A stretch of 64,000 bases of DNA. Source: the human T2T-CHM13v2.0 reference genome, Homo sapiens. This document shows positions 44,433 through 58,348 of the stretch, piece after piece. Location: assembly GCF_009914755.1 (NCBI RefSeq), contig NC_060935.1. One strand, 5' to 3'. Made by a program: the position numbers and the translations under genes. Under the pieces are notes generated by a model. The model worked only from the letters and a program-made list of their open reading frames with translations, was not told where the DNA came from and did not search any database. Each line of letters starts with the position of its first letter. The stretch's first letter is position 1.

Positions 44433-44662
44433 CAGGGGTTCTCAACCCTCGGCTGAGACTACTGACATTTTCAGTTAACAAATTCTTTATTGCATAGGGC
44501 TGTTTCGTGCATTGTCGAATATTTGGCAGCATCCCTGGCATCCACTCACTTGATGCTAGTAGCAACCTCTCCCCAACCCCACCAGTGTGATAATCAAAAA
44601 TGTCTCCGGACATTGCCAAATATCCCCAGGGGAGCAAAATCACCCTCAGTTGAGAACCACTG
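44433..44662. mobile_element. MER20 (hAT-Charlie)
   Basis: TIRs 'caggggttctcaac' and 'gttgagaaccactg'; internal 'aaaatgtctccggacattgccaaata'. Confidence 0.9.
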
Positions 44663-47267
44663 GAATAGAGGGATAACATGACATGACATCTTTTAATAGG
44701 ATCACTCTTTGTTGAGAACAGACTGCAGACAACAGAGATACCAGTTAGGATTGGAGATGACAAAAAAAAAAAAAAAAAAAAGGTCAAACTTGAAGTTAGA
44801 GCTTGCAGAACTTTTCAAAGAACAGCCATGAAGTGGGAGAAAAAGAGTCAACAATATCATCAAGGATTTTGGCCTGTAACAACTAAAATTGAGTTGCCAT
44901 TATCAGAGATGGGAAGATAGCAGAGTGGCTGCCTTGGTAGTTGTTTGGACTGGGGAGTGCAGATAAAGAGTACATCATTTTGGACGTGTAAAACTTGAGA
45001 GCCTTTGTAAGACACCCAGATGGAGATACCAAGTTTCATTGAATAGAAATTCTGGAAATTAGGGGGAGAGGTCTAGGCCGTTACTGTAAGTTTGGGAGTC
45101 ATTAGGCTTATAGGTAATATTAATGAGTTTACCAAGAAAGCAAAAAAAGAGCCCTGAGCAACTCCAACCATTCCATGTAAGGGATAAGAGAAGGAACCAA
45201 CAAAAGAAACTGAAAAGCATCACGAAAGGTAAGGGGTTAAAAAACGAAACAAAACAAACAAACAAAAAAAACAGGCAAATGTGATGTTCTAGAAGTCATG
45301 AACCTTTGGACATTTTTTCTCTTTACACAAAATGGTTTCATCTTAGTAAGTCCCTCCCTAATGTAAACATTTGTGAATATCTATACTTTATTATACTTTC
45401 TGCAATGATTTATTTACCTAGCTGTCTCTTCTAGATTATGAGCTCCTGGGAATAAGATTTATCTTTGCATCTTTGTAGTAATTAGCATAGTGACTGGTGC
45501 ATAGCAGCACATAACACATGTTCAACTGATAATTAAATTTAACAGGAAATTCACCTCCCTGAAATGAAAATGTCTATACAGTAAGATATCACTCATTGAG
45601 ATTCTCAATTAAAAATTAGCAAAAACTCAGATATAATTCAAATAACTGTGACATTTAAATTATGTAGCATCAAGGATCAAGGACACAGTACCAGCATCTG
45701 CCATGTTTGATCCTACTATGAAAGGGATACCAATCCTTGCCTCGACGTCAACCAGTGTATCAGCTTTTGTTTTATATATTGGGACTCTTGATAAGATTTT
45801 ATTTAAAAAAAAAAGTTTCCATGGCTGAAAACTATGATGCCATTAATCAACCCTAATAGAATTTTCATCGACTGCATCAAGGGACATGCTCCAAAGTTGA
45901 AAAGGTAGTTAGCCTTTATATTACCTTATGTATTATTTTTAATTGATTAAAAGTCATATTATAAATCTATTATTATATTATGTAAAGTGCTTTGTGTATC
46001 TTTACCTTAATGTTCATTAATAACTCTGTAATTACACAGATGAGGAAACTGAAACTCAGAGATATTAAGTACACCTCCAAGACACCTAGCTAGCAAATGG
46101 CAAAGTGGGATTTGAAACCTGACATTACACTAAAAAGTCGTCTTAAATATTTAATAGTGGTCTTAAATGCCTCACATGCACAGCTATGAAATGACAACAA
46201 ATAATCGCTGTTGTTGTTTTAGTGTGGAAATTGTTTTTGTTAAGTAGGGGGAGAAAGGAAGAATGGAAACAGGAACCAGAATTACATTGTGGCATGATCA
46301 TAGCCATTACTCACAATGCTGCAAGAAAACATATAAAACAGAAACAAATATGTCACCTGGGAGAACTGTGAGTGGTTTTTTCTTTTTTCTCCTGATTTTT
46401 GTGCTGTGCATTTTTTTTTTCAATAAGCATGTATTGTTTAAATTGAGCGTAACTTGGCAGGCAGGGGTGATGGTGGTAGTGTTACTTGTTATTAAGAAAA
46501 AATTTACACAAAAGTTGAATATAGTATAATAAACCACCATATAACTATCACCCAGTTTCAAAAATTAACAACTCACACCCAATCCTGTTTCATTTATATT
46601 CTCGTATCTCCCTCCCTATACTATTTTGAAGCAAATACCAATCATCATACCATTTCATTATAAATATTTTAGTAGGTGTCTCTAGGACTCTAAAAAGATA
46701 GCTGCAACACCATCATCACATCTGAAAAGTTAACAGTACTTAATTCCTTAAAATCATTACATAACCAGTGTTCAAATTTTCAGTTCTCATACATGTTAAA
46801 AATTTTTAATTTCTTGATTCCAGATCCATATCAGGGTCACATATTGTGACTGGTTTATATTAAGTACCTTTTATACTATAGGTTCTCCCTCCACTGATTC
46901 CCTCTGCTTGCAACTTATTGAACAACTGTGCCAACTGTATCCTTTTGGTGTCACTCAACATGATCTTCCATCCTTTCTATTTTTGGTTAATTGGTAGATG
47001 CTTCGTCAGATTTAGGTTTGATTCTTTTTGGCAAAACTTTATAGGTAGCAGTGTATTCCTCCATCAGAAAGCACTTAAGAATGTGTTTGTGTATTGTCAG
47101 TAGCTGCTGATGACCAATCCTTAACTCCATGAGAGGTTGCAAAATAGTGATGTTGCAATTCCATCCTTCCTTTTTCATTAGAATGTTTTAAAGAGAAACT
47201 ACCCCCCATCTACTACTTACCTACCCAATGGTATAGTTTGTATGGGAAATGCAGGGAATATTAAAAT

Positions 47268-47446
47268 GATAGTTCTCAAAATGTGAGCTCTGGGCCAGAA
47301 GCAGCATTACCTGAGAACTGAGAACTGAAAATTCTTAGGCTCCATCCCAGACCCACTGAATCAGAAAACTGGGGATAAGGTCCAGCAACATGTGTTTATC
47401 ATGCCCTCCAGGTAACTCTGATGTATACTAACGTTTGAGAAACAAG
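47268..47446. mobile_element. MER5A
   Basis: 'gttctcaaaatgtg', 'cccagacccactgaatcagaa', 'tttgagaaac'. Confidence 0.8.
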
Positions 47447-47839
47447 GGACTACACCTGAAGTCTTGAAATGCCCTTGCTAAAAGCTGTTAGCTTTTACTA
47501 CACTTTATAATACCAAAGTTAGGTTCCAGATTTTTTCCCAAGCACAGTATCTGCCCACCTAGTCTACAAATGAAAGAATCACACCTTCAACTTTTAACTT
47601 ATCAAACAATCTAGCATGGTACTAGTCATGTTCCAAAGTTTTCAAAAACTTAACTATAGCTTGAAATACTTGCTCAATTAGATGCAAATTTATTTCTTCC
47701 AGGAAAAATAACTATTGCACTAAAGTGGTCTGAATGGACAGACAGGAAAATAGTTTCTAATGTTTGGCCTAAACTTCTCTCATGTATCTGTTGTTTCAGG
47801 GTTTCATACTGGAAAAAGGGGGTAAAATGTAGATGAAGC

Positions 47840-48340
47840 TATGTAGGCTCAATAATGGTCCCCCAATATGTCCATGCCCGAACCCTTGGAACCAGTGAAT
47901 ACATTACCTTATATGACAATAGGGACTTTGCAGATGTGACTAGGTTAAGAACTCGAGATGGAAAAACTACGTTGTTTGTGCAGGTGGAGCCAATAATGTT
48001 CTCATAAGGTCCTTATGAGAGAGAACAGAGGGAGACACTCTGAGAAGGTATGATGACAGCAGCAGAGAGAGATTTGAGATGCTACAATTTGGGCTTTGAA
48101 GATAAAGGTCAATGAGCTCATAGCATGCAAGGAATGCAGCTCTAGAAGCTGGAAAAGGCAAGAAAACAGATTTTCCCCTACAGCCTCCAGAAAGAAGCAA
48201 TCCTGCCAATACCTTGACTTTAGACCAGTAAACCTGATTTTGGACTTCTGGCCTCCAGAACCATAAAAGAATTAATTTTTGTTGTATTAAGACACTAAGT
48301 GTGTGGGAGTTTGTTACAGCAGCCATTGAAAACTAATACA
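47840..48340 (+). mobile_element. MLT1C/D-type LTR
   Basis: 'ggactttgcagatgtgactaggttaag', 'ctagaagctggaaaaggcaag', ending 'aactaataca'. Confidence 0.88.
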
Positions 48341-48357
48341 AAGCCTTTGACAAGTTT

Positions 48358-48363
48358 TTTATT
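48358..48363 (-). terminator. Distal polyadenylation signal AATAAA
   Basis: tttatt on +. TGTA motifs lie upstream and a U/GU-rich tract downstream on the minus strand. Confidence 0.7.
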
Positions 48364-50190
48364 GTGAAATATTGGATCTAGAAAAAAGTACAAAATGTCA
48401 ACAGTCAGATGTGTACAAGTACAGTATTTCAATAGTCTATACATGTGAACAGCTTAACAGGTTCACTGCAGAATGCATATTTAGACCAATATAATCTAAA
48501 AAGGACTGCAATATTCACAGGCTATTAATACATAAATAACTTGAGTCAAAATGACCCTTACTGGTAAATGCTAATTAATAGTGGAAAACAGGCTAAAAGC
48601 ACAATACACCACACCATAGTATCTCCTTACAGGTCCACATTTAAAGAATATCAGTTTATTATGTCAAAACACTACAGAGATCCAGGACTGGGACTGAATT
48701 ACTAATTTATACAATTGCAAAAAAATTTAAGTTATAAAATAAGGTCATGGAATAAAGAAGGGTATTTAATTAGGACTAAATACTGTGAAGCCCATGAAAG
48801 GGTTTTAGCCTTGGAATTTACAAAGCTAAATTATTAGACTGTTAATGTTAGCTAACACTAAAACTGAATTACCTTCCATTTTAATGTTAGCTAATATTAA
48901 TATTCAACTTTTTAATTTTGATGTTAGCTAAGGGGAAGGACGAGGACAACTTTCTTTTGTAGTTTCTCCAACAAGGTGTAAGAACTATCAAAAAGTAAAA
49001 CCATAATGACCACTGTGGACTGACAAATGGCTATGAAACAAGAATATAAAACATTACAAATTTCAAAGAAAGGTAATAACTATCTTATGAATTTAGCAAA
49101 TCCTGCAAACGTTAAAATCCATGTTAAGGCATTATCTGTCATGGTTGAGAGTACTAAATTTAAGAAAATTATTACATGAAGATCCCATAAAAATAAACTG
49201 GTTTAGTTTACAAGATTCTAACTGAATCTTTTTGTATCACTTGAAAATTACCCTATATTATGCTTTCAAAATGGACAAAGAATTATTTGGTATTCACTTT
49301 ATAATGAACTATGAGAACAGTCTATTGAAACACGTCATGTTAAAAAAAAATTGTTTCAATCATGTGTTCTTAAGAAAGCCAATCTTTGATATGACATTCA
49401 CAATCAATGCTTGTATAAAACAAAACCTTTAAAACTTATAAATTTAGTAACAGTTTTACATGAAGCAAATTTATCTTTGCCCATAAATTATTAAGAGAAG
49501 CAACTCACTCTATACAGTGTATCTAGCAATACTTTAAAATCAAACTAAAACTCTGAACTGATAATAACTAGGAGATAAATTCTATTTCAGGCTGAAAACC
49601 GCTGGATCAGAATATAGTCAATAACTTCATATAACCTATCCCACCCTACCTTAACCTTTTATAGACAATTTTAAAGACTTTAGGACAATTTACTTATAAT
49701 GCCTGAATCTTATAGTAGATTCCAATTTATTCAAAGATTATCACAGATTGGATTAAAAAGATCATTTAATTTTTTTCAGATTTGCTTTAAATTTACAAAT
49801 TACATTGTACATAAATATTAACTTAGATAACCACACATAGGGAAAGCAGATACATGGATCATTGCAGAAACATTAAAATTTTTAAAAAATTTTATAAAAT
49901 ATAAAGCAAAACATGTAACTCACACAATACTAATATGAAGCCACATGACATAAAAAATAAAATTACTCTTTAAGAAGCAACTTAAAATTAAATCTTTGGG
50001 GAACTATTTTGACATAATTAAATGAATTCAAAGACCAACAGCTTCCCTTATCACACAGAAACAAATCACAAAATTTTCTACAATCTATATGCATTATCAG
50101 TTAGTTCTAAATGTAATCTCAAACATTTTACTAGCAACTTTGATTTCCTTTTGAAATAGGCTTCTGTACATATGCATTTATATACAAACA

Positions 50191-50196
50191 TTTATT
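50191..50196 (-). terminator. Candidate proximal polyadenylation signal AATAAA
   Basis: tttatt on +, flanked by TGTA motifs. Further AATAAA hexamers at 50771-50776 and 49726-49731. Confidence 0.4.
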
Positions 50197-50950
50197 AAAC
50201 ATGATTTTAAAACAAAATGTATGTACAAAAGATCAGCATTCCTATAAATAAAAACATTAGGTGGCAAAAAGGCACTTGTAAGTAAAAATCTACAGTAGTT
50301 TTTACAAAACAGAAACACATTTTACCTTAGATACTGTACAATAAACATTAATTCCTATACCAATAATGAAAATGCTAGGTTACTAATGTTAATGATGTAA
50401 CTTTAAAAAACAAATTTACATATATCTGAAGTTCATTTAATAAAAGCACCGTGATTTTCTCCTAAATTCATCTTGATGCAAAGTAAAAACACAATTCCCA
50501 AAAAACCAGTGTTCGCCATTTTTCGAGTTTAAAAGTTTTTGTATTTCTAAATTGAAAACTGTTTGTCTGAAATTAGCATAGTGTAAAACAAAAACAAAAC
50601 AAAAAAACCCTGCTGCTCTGACTTCTGAAACCATACCTACTCTATTATTGCATGTTGCGTTTCATAAAGAGCACTACTCATGCACTCCTTTACAACTGTT
50701 TAATACTATTGCTGGCAAAAAAGTTCCTGGATATCAAATAATTAAAAAGTTACTTCAAACCAGTTGAAGTTTTATTTGAATGTTTTACAACTTAAAAAAT
50801 GCTGTATATCAATTACAAAAGTGAACAGGAAACACACCAATTCATTTGGTGTGCAAAAATATTTTTCTACTACACAGAATTTAAGGGCTTCACAGAATTT
50901 TTTTTCCCCAAATTTACATTGTAAGAAGAAATGCTAAACAAATGACTTTC

Positions 50951-51040
50951 TCAAGGAGATGTTAGTATGCTTCCACTTTTGTCAAATTTTTTACCCTTTG
51001 ATAATGCTGCGACCTGTTTGAGTAGTTCTCTGTTTTTGGC
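50951..51040 (-). CDS. FAM76B: FAM76B last coding segment with stop
   Basis: tcccacAG acceptor; AKNRELLKQVAALSKGKKFDKSGSILTSP followed by TGA (50953-50951). Confidence 0.97.
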   Translation of the reverse strand, partial: AKNRELLKQVAALSKGKKFDKSGSILTSP

Positions 51041-54000
51041 CTGTGGGAGACAAAAACATTCAAGATTAAAAATGTTTGAAATATTATTAAGTCATGCTGA
51101 AGAATACTACTTATTTAATACTGTTTTCATTTATATAAATGTTTCACTAAAGCACTAACATTAAATGAAAGAGTTGATACCTTTACATTCATCTCTTTAA
51201 GGATGAACATGCAGAAGGAAAATTCTAGATTGGCTCATCAGCCCCCTTTGTATATGTCATTATTAATATAATTGTGTCCAAAGATGCACAATTGGTTACA
51301 AAAAAGGAAACAAAGTGAATCCACTTAAAAGAAGGTCCAAATTTTAATAGGGAAAAGGTGTTTGGCCCTTCATCTTAAAAACATGAAAACTATGAAAATA
51401 AGTTGTAATTTACAATTAATAAAATCAAAGAATGAATCAAGATTTGGGAGGAGTATTTCCTGGCAAGCTGTATAAGGTCTTTTTTCTATGTTTACTCTCT
51501 TGTAGAACAAGCATAAGAGGTCATTTTTGCAAAAACAACTCAGAATTTGTTACTTTGCCAAATGCACCCAATGATATTCAATTTTTTTTAAAGCACCCAT
51601 CAGAACCACTCATTATCTTGTTGTTCCTTTAGTTACCAGTCATCTGACACTGATTTTAGTGTGGTTTGAGCAGTTCCACATCATCATTTCCTATCTCATG
51701 AAAGCTTGAATTTTTACAAAGATTCAAAATTTCATTTCATCATCTGACTTGAATTTCATTATTAAATGTCCATCCATCACTAGTTTAGTGAAGAGGAATG
51801 TGTAAGTACAGTGAATATTTTCACATTTTGACTGCCTTTGTCACCTTATTCAGTCTCTTAAATATGAAAACTTAGATAGTAAGGATCCCTATATATACAA
51901 ATACATTAATGATCAAGCATTTTTGTAGTTTGAGCCAAAATGGGGAAAGTGATGAAAATAGAGCACTGCCCTAAAATTAACACATTTTAAAAAGATATCC
52001 TCTGACTTATGTTTCAACACCATTTTCCTTCACAGGTTCCAGGAATTTTTATTATATAGACAGACTTTTTTAATCTCAGTACTTCATATTTTATTCTAAT
52101 TTTAGCTTTTTACGGGCAGATAACACTCTGCCTTCTCTGTATGCCATCTTAAAGTGGTTTCATGAAATAACCTTTTTCAAACTTTATTCTTCCATTCCCC
52201 CACCCTTCTTCTCCAATCACTCTTGCTAATTAACACCCATGACCTCTAAAATGCAAATATTCTCAGTACTATCTTATATGTGCAAATCAAATAATTTTTT
52301 ATGTTCAGATGCATGATCAATAGAACTTTCCTATTCAGTGGTTATTAATAACTAAGGTGGTAACGAAAAACTTCAATTTCAAATTCAGTATCAATTTCAA
52401 ATTTTGAGTCTGCAAATTTGACTCAAAAAGATCTCCACTAGATCTGTTAAGTTATATTTATCTAAAAATGTTTATACTGATACAAAATAGTTAAAATGTG
52501 AATCTCCAAGTTCTTATCTCAATTATCAAGAAATAAAGTGTTTATAATTTTCATATTTTAAGTACAAAATACAATAATTTGAACATTAGGTCTTCAAAGC
52601 AATTTTTCCATTTAATGCTTTGGTAGCTAATTTCCAATTTGCTTTTAATATATTTATATCACTAATAAAGATATTTCTTAATAAATTACATAAGACAAAA
52701 GTCTTTATGGTAAATAAATAACACAATTGTTAAGTACAAGTCCAAATTATTCTAATTTGAATACTTTAAAAATGAATTTTATGCCATATTTCAATATATG
52801 TACATTTAAATTGTTTTATCCTAAAATTACTTCATTTTGCAGCCAGCCAAAAAAAAAAAAAAAAAATCAATGAAATTCTTTACAGACTCTTAAGAAAGCT
52901 AAGTTTTAAAGTTTAGACATGTTGGTGCAAAGGAAAGAATATCAGGATTAAGAATTACATAGATCCTGCTTTAAATCCTGGCTTACTTACCAGCTACATA
53001 ACCTGGAGCATATTTTCTCATTTGTAACACAAACTCCACCATCCGAACTCAAAATGAGTTGAAGGAACTTATCAAATATATAAAACACTTAGCCTAACAC
53101 AGTTCCTGGTACACAGAAGGCACTCAAATGTTAGGTCCCTTTTCCTTTTAACCACTTACCTAATTAAGTGAATAAGAGTTTTAACTTGATATTCTTAGTA
53201 TTTTCAATATTTGGGGTATTTTGGGGTGACATTTTGAACAATTTTTTCATGTGATGTTCAGTGTTTTGTCGTAGGTTTGGCAGTTAAAAATATTTTACTA
53301 GCTATTAGAGCAAGATCCATCTTGTGTCACAGGATTCAATTCCTTATTACATAAAGATAAAAAAAAAATTACCGGTTTCCTCACCTCAGTAAAGAATCCT
53401 ACTAGTATCACTTGGTTGCTAAAGGAAGTGAGGTAAAAAGATGGCACTCAGCTATGACAGATTGTCTCTAGCCATAACACAAAAAAATCAGGGAAGTGGC
53501 CTGATAGGAAGGATGAAATAGAAAACCTGAGGAACCTGAAGTGGTGGGAACTAGTGTAGGACAGGGAAAAGTATAGATAAACTGGAGTGAGAAGACAGAG
53601 ATTTCTACGTCACCGCTTACTGTGTGATCACAGATTCCTCTGTAAAATGGGCATATCACATAACCCAGTTTTTGCAACAAGTAAGACAGCATATGTAAAA
53701 TCATGTCAAAATGTCCTATTTAAATATTGGTTACTTTTATACTACATGAAACTTCAATTACCAAGAGGAGGTAGGCCTAAGATATCTATCAGGCTAAGTC
53801 AAAGATGACCCCATGTATTTGCAACTATGATTTTAAAAAAGAAAAACCAAAACACAAACTGCTCTTTTGAACAGTGGGGAGCACTAAGTTAAAACATATC
53901 TGAGCACCTATTGCAGTTATTCTGTTATCTCATTCTGGATTTACTTCAGAGCTTTGGTTACATTACATTAAATCAAAGATCACCAGGTGGAAGATTTTGT

Positions 54001-55288
54001 TCCAGGTAATCATTCAGCATTAATAACTGAGTAAGAAAAACAGGAATAACATAAAATTAAAAATAATACTTGCTGGTGGATAAAAACATTGACTAATATA
54101 TAAGAATCTGATATATGATACGGGCAATCTCTCAGAACAGAGGGCTGATGGGCATTTCCATAAATCACCACCTAGTCAACAAATTATTTGAATGCCTACT
54201 ATGTCTCAGGTTCTACATGAGGTTCCTTTTTCAACAGTCTTTGTAATAGTATGATAGGGATTAAGACCAGATAATCTGTACCTCGAATTTGAGCAAGTTC
54301 CTAAATCCTACTAATTTAAGCTACTTGCAAAGAAGTATGAATAATACAAAACCAAAAGAAAGAAATAGCAAATATCCTTTGGTGTTACAATGTGAAAAAA
54401 AAAAAACAAAATGAAACAGGACAGTATTAACTCCTTCCTTCTGAAGCTGTACTCTCCCAAGTCTGACGTCTGTGTGCTGCCATCTTCCATTAACATTTAA
54501 AACTTCTTTCACCTTAAAAATTTTGTTACTAAAGACTAATTTTACAAATGTGAGACTGTATAAATCAAAGAGAACATGTAATTAATTTAGTGTGGTCTGA
54601 TTTCTAAATGTATGAAACCTAGAAGAGAAGCAGCTTAATATGGTAGCATTCTGTATCCATGTTGGATGTTCACCATCTCTGCATGCCAGACATCAGATTA
54701 TTACTGTGGTGACTCTTGACTTTACCATTCAGTTGTTCTGTATACTTAAACTGCTACTTTGCAGTACTCTGAGGTTCAGGTGGATCACTACCTGTTAGCA
54801 TTTAGCAGAACCCTATTTGGCACTTTGCGAACCACTGTACACAGGTTAAGTAAACTCTCTTGCTTTGCACACATTTTTGCCACTCCAGGTCCTTAAGAAT
54901 TGGTTTTATACACCCATCTCCTTTCCCATTATCTGGAAGGAAATATTAATGTGAGGAATGACTGCTACTGAAGACCTGCTTTTCACCTTAGTTTCATTAA
55001 TCTGATTTTTAATTTTTTGCTATAAGCCCAATAATTAATTGAACACACTCCAATGATACCCTCCTCCAAAAACTCCATTTGAAGTTTAGGCAAAAGTTTT
55101 CAAGATTAAAGTACTGAATCCCCCTTTCAAGTAATTTCAAACAATAACTTCTAATGAGATCAAGATTAAAAATGATTATAAAGTCAAAATCAAAACTGAA
55201 ATGCACCAACTATGCACAAAATAGGGCTACCAATAACAATCTAAGTCAATGAATGCTATTACTCAAGTTTAGCCCTTCTTGCCTATCA

Positions 55289-55495
<207 letters not shown>

Positions 55496-58212
55496 TCACA
55501 TTTCATTACAAAAGTAGAAGATGTTAACTGCAGTTTCCTGAATTGTACAAGCTATCTAAAGTTTGTTTGGTGAAATGATGAAGTCTATCTGCTTCACAAT
55601 AGTATAATTTTAATGTTAATACCTGACCATCAGTAAAACTTCTCAGTTTTCTTTTTTTCCTAAACATGGCTCGACTGGAAATAGAGTTTGGCAACTGGTA
55701 TGCCAACGAAAAAAGCTTAACGGCTAATAACTGGGAAAATGCCTCATTTAAAAATGTACTTCAATAATAGTAAAAACAATATAAACATTTAAACTAGCTT
55801 ATGCGTAAAATAATCTTTCAATGCTTAAAGAAAGAAATTTCACACTGGGTAATATAAAAAGGAATGGTCTTTTCAGCCAAAAGCTACACTGTTTTCATTT
55901 TTTAATTTATGTCCAGGATTATGTACACAATACCACCTAACACTTGAGGTAAAAATAGAGAACAAAGCACAGAAATACAACTAACACAGAATGAGAAAGG
56001 AAAGAAGGTTACTATAAAATTTGGGCTAAATTAGACAAATACAAGAAAAAAATCAGTGCTTTGAGGAAGAAGGCTACATGATAATTTTTCATAAATGACA
56101 TACCTAACAGTATAATATCTCATGACTTCAAACTAAATAAGTTATTATGTAATTTCACTATTAGAACCATGCAGAGGGAACTCCAGGTTATTTTTTAATG
56201 TTTTTCATTATGCCAGCTTTAAAGGTTTACACATTCTCCTTTGTAATTACCCAGTATCTAATAAACTGAAAGACATACAACAGCAAAAATAGAGAAAATC
56301 ATGGAGTCTTATAGTCTTATTAAAAAAAAAAACCCTTGCTTTTGTCAAATTCAAAGTATAACTAAGTTCTCTCTCTCTAACTTTCTCTAATCACAAAAGA
56401 TTTTCTGTTCTGAAATGCCAACATACACCAGATCAGCTAAGACAATTACTCTATTCACTACACTGTGAGTTGCCTCCTCACTATGAACTTCTGGAAAATA
56501 AGAATTATGTCTTATTTATTCATCTTTGTATCCTCATGATCTAGTTCAGTGTCTGGCTCTAGAAATCATTAAATAACTTTGTGAAATCAATTCAGTAAAA
56601 TAACTTCATCATCTTAGATTTATAAGAAAAAGTTGCAAATGTATAGTTATTTTAGGTTTACCATTAGGATTTTCCTTACAACAATGCTAATTTCAATCCC
56701 CATTAGTGTTGTGATTTTTTTAAAGAGGAACACTAACAAAAGCAGAAAACTTCAATTAACTGCACAATACAAAGATAGTACCTCTTATGCTAGAGAGGAA
56801 AGAAAAATCTAGCAGTCAATATTCTATAACTGATTACTACTTGGTTTTGAAATCATTGCTATTTTGCAGTAAAGTTGGCATTTTATTCAACTTTTCTCAA
56901 GGCTAATGCAGATATATCTGGCCTGTCTCTAAAACTTTGTACACAGGACAAATTTCCATAAAGGCTCATTAATTTAAAAAATGCTGTCAATCAAAAAGAA
57001 CCATAAGACAAAGACACCCGTAACTATCCTATTTTATATGTCACTCCTAATTTTCATATACTAAATTTGCTTAAAGTAAGCTACAAATGTATTAAAATAA
57101 ATTAAGCCCACTAACCATCAAGGTGTGGCAAAATGTATCAAAAATTACTGAATGCCAGAAGTAAAAGCCAACTCAGCACAGACTTAGAGATGGATATAAG
57201 TCATATATGTATTCATATTAAGGCCTTATTCTTTTAAAAGAAATGATTTTAGTGTTCTCCTACTGCATAATACATTTGATACAGGTCAAACTACATTGTC
57301 TGGGACCATAAAACAAGTACAAAAGATGATCAAACAGTAATAGCCCCTATGGGCACTTATACATACCAGGAGCTATAATAAATACTTTGCATTTTCATTA
57401 ATCATCAAAACCATCACTTCAGATAATATTAATGCTCTCATTTAAATGAGAAAACTGAGGTCCAAAGAAGCACACATTCTGCTTTAGGTCACACAGAAAA
57501 TGTTAGAACTAGGATTTGAATCTAAGTATGGCTAAATTACTTCAAAACTGTTTCCTGTTCCATGCCTGTCCACTATTGTGCCATCCTGATTTCATAGCAC
57601 AAGACCTTAAATCCTTCTGTAATTCTGTTAATATTCCTCTTTTCACTAAATGAACAACACATTTTAATATTCCTCTTCATTTAACTGATGAAGTCCCAAT
57701 AAGTACACTTACTTCCTACACAATGAGCTTTTAGACATCTATTGCTAATTACTATTACTGACTACTACAGGAAATTCCCATACCATTACTTTTCAGCAGT
57801 ATTTTGATCTGGATTGATACAAATATATGACTGGATTGATACAAATATATGAATGTTATATCAAAGACTGTTCAAACTACATTCTTAAATCAAAAAAGTT
57901 TATGAAATATTCCATTTACATCTCATTTTTAATTAGGTATTAGATCTATTTTTAAATTACATGCTTACTGAAAATTAAAGTTTGGAAATTACTATCCTAA
58001 TTAAGCCTCAGTTAATTCTTAGAACTAAAAATCTGAAAGACCATTTTTACCCATCTTCATTAGATGGCTTCAGGGGCTTTTGTAATTTGTCTTATAAAAA
58101 TCACGCACAACAAACATTACCAAATTATTAAAGGAAGTCTAATAAAATTTGCGATTATCAAGCAACAGTCAACACATAACTCTTACCAGGCTTCAATGAA
58201 CCATGTTCTTAC

Positions 58213-58348
58213 CTTTTTATCTTTTTCTAAAATGGTCTGGTCTCTCTGCTGTAAGAGACGCTTAAGTGACATCACTTCTTCTTTCAGTTGACTTATAAGG
58301 ACAAAATTGTCTGTTCCCCCACTATCTGCTGACTGATTTATAGAGCTA
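58213..58348 (-). CDS. FAM76B: FAM76B coding exon, 136 nt, start of coiled coil
   Basis: Polypyrimidine tract plus TAGTAG acceptor, GTAAGA donor; SSINQSADSGGTDNFVLISQLKEEVMSLKRLLQQRDQTILEKDKK (also in ORF 58183..58416). Confidence 0.97.

Larger units (their letters stand above)
48340..50950 (-). other. FAM76B: FAM76B long 3' UTR
   Basis: Very AU-rich stretch with no recognisable interspersed repeat, running from the stop to the distal AATAAA. The exact cleavage site is inferred. Confidence 0.75.

Noticed and set aside
48420-50713. miRNA seed matches in the UTR (miR-144/101 at 48420, miR-200bc at 48779, miR-92/137 at ~50645 and 50707)
   Set aside because: 7-8-mers are frequent in AU-rich UTRs and cannot be supported without conservation data.
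54600-54792. Possible alternative FAM76B terminal exon after 'gctaacAG'
   Set aside because: No polypyrimidine tract, early stop and no recognisable homology.
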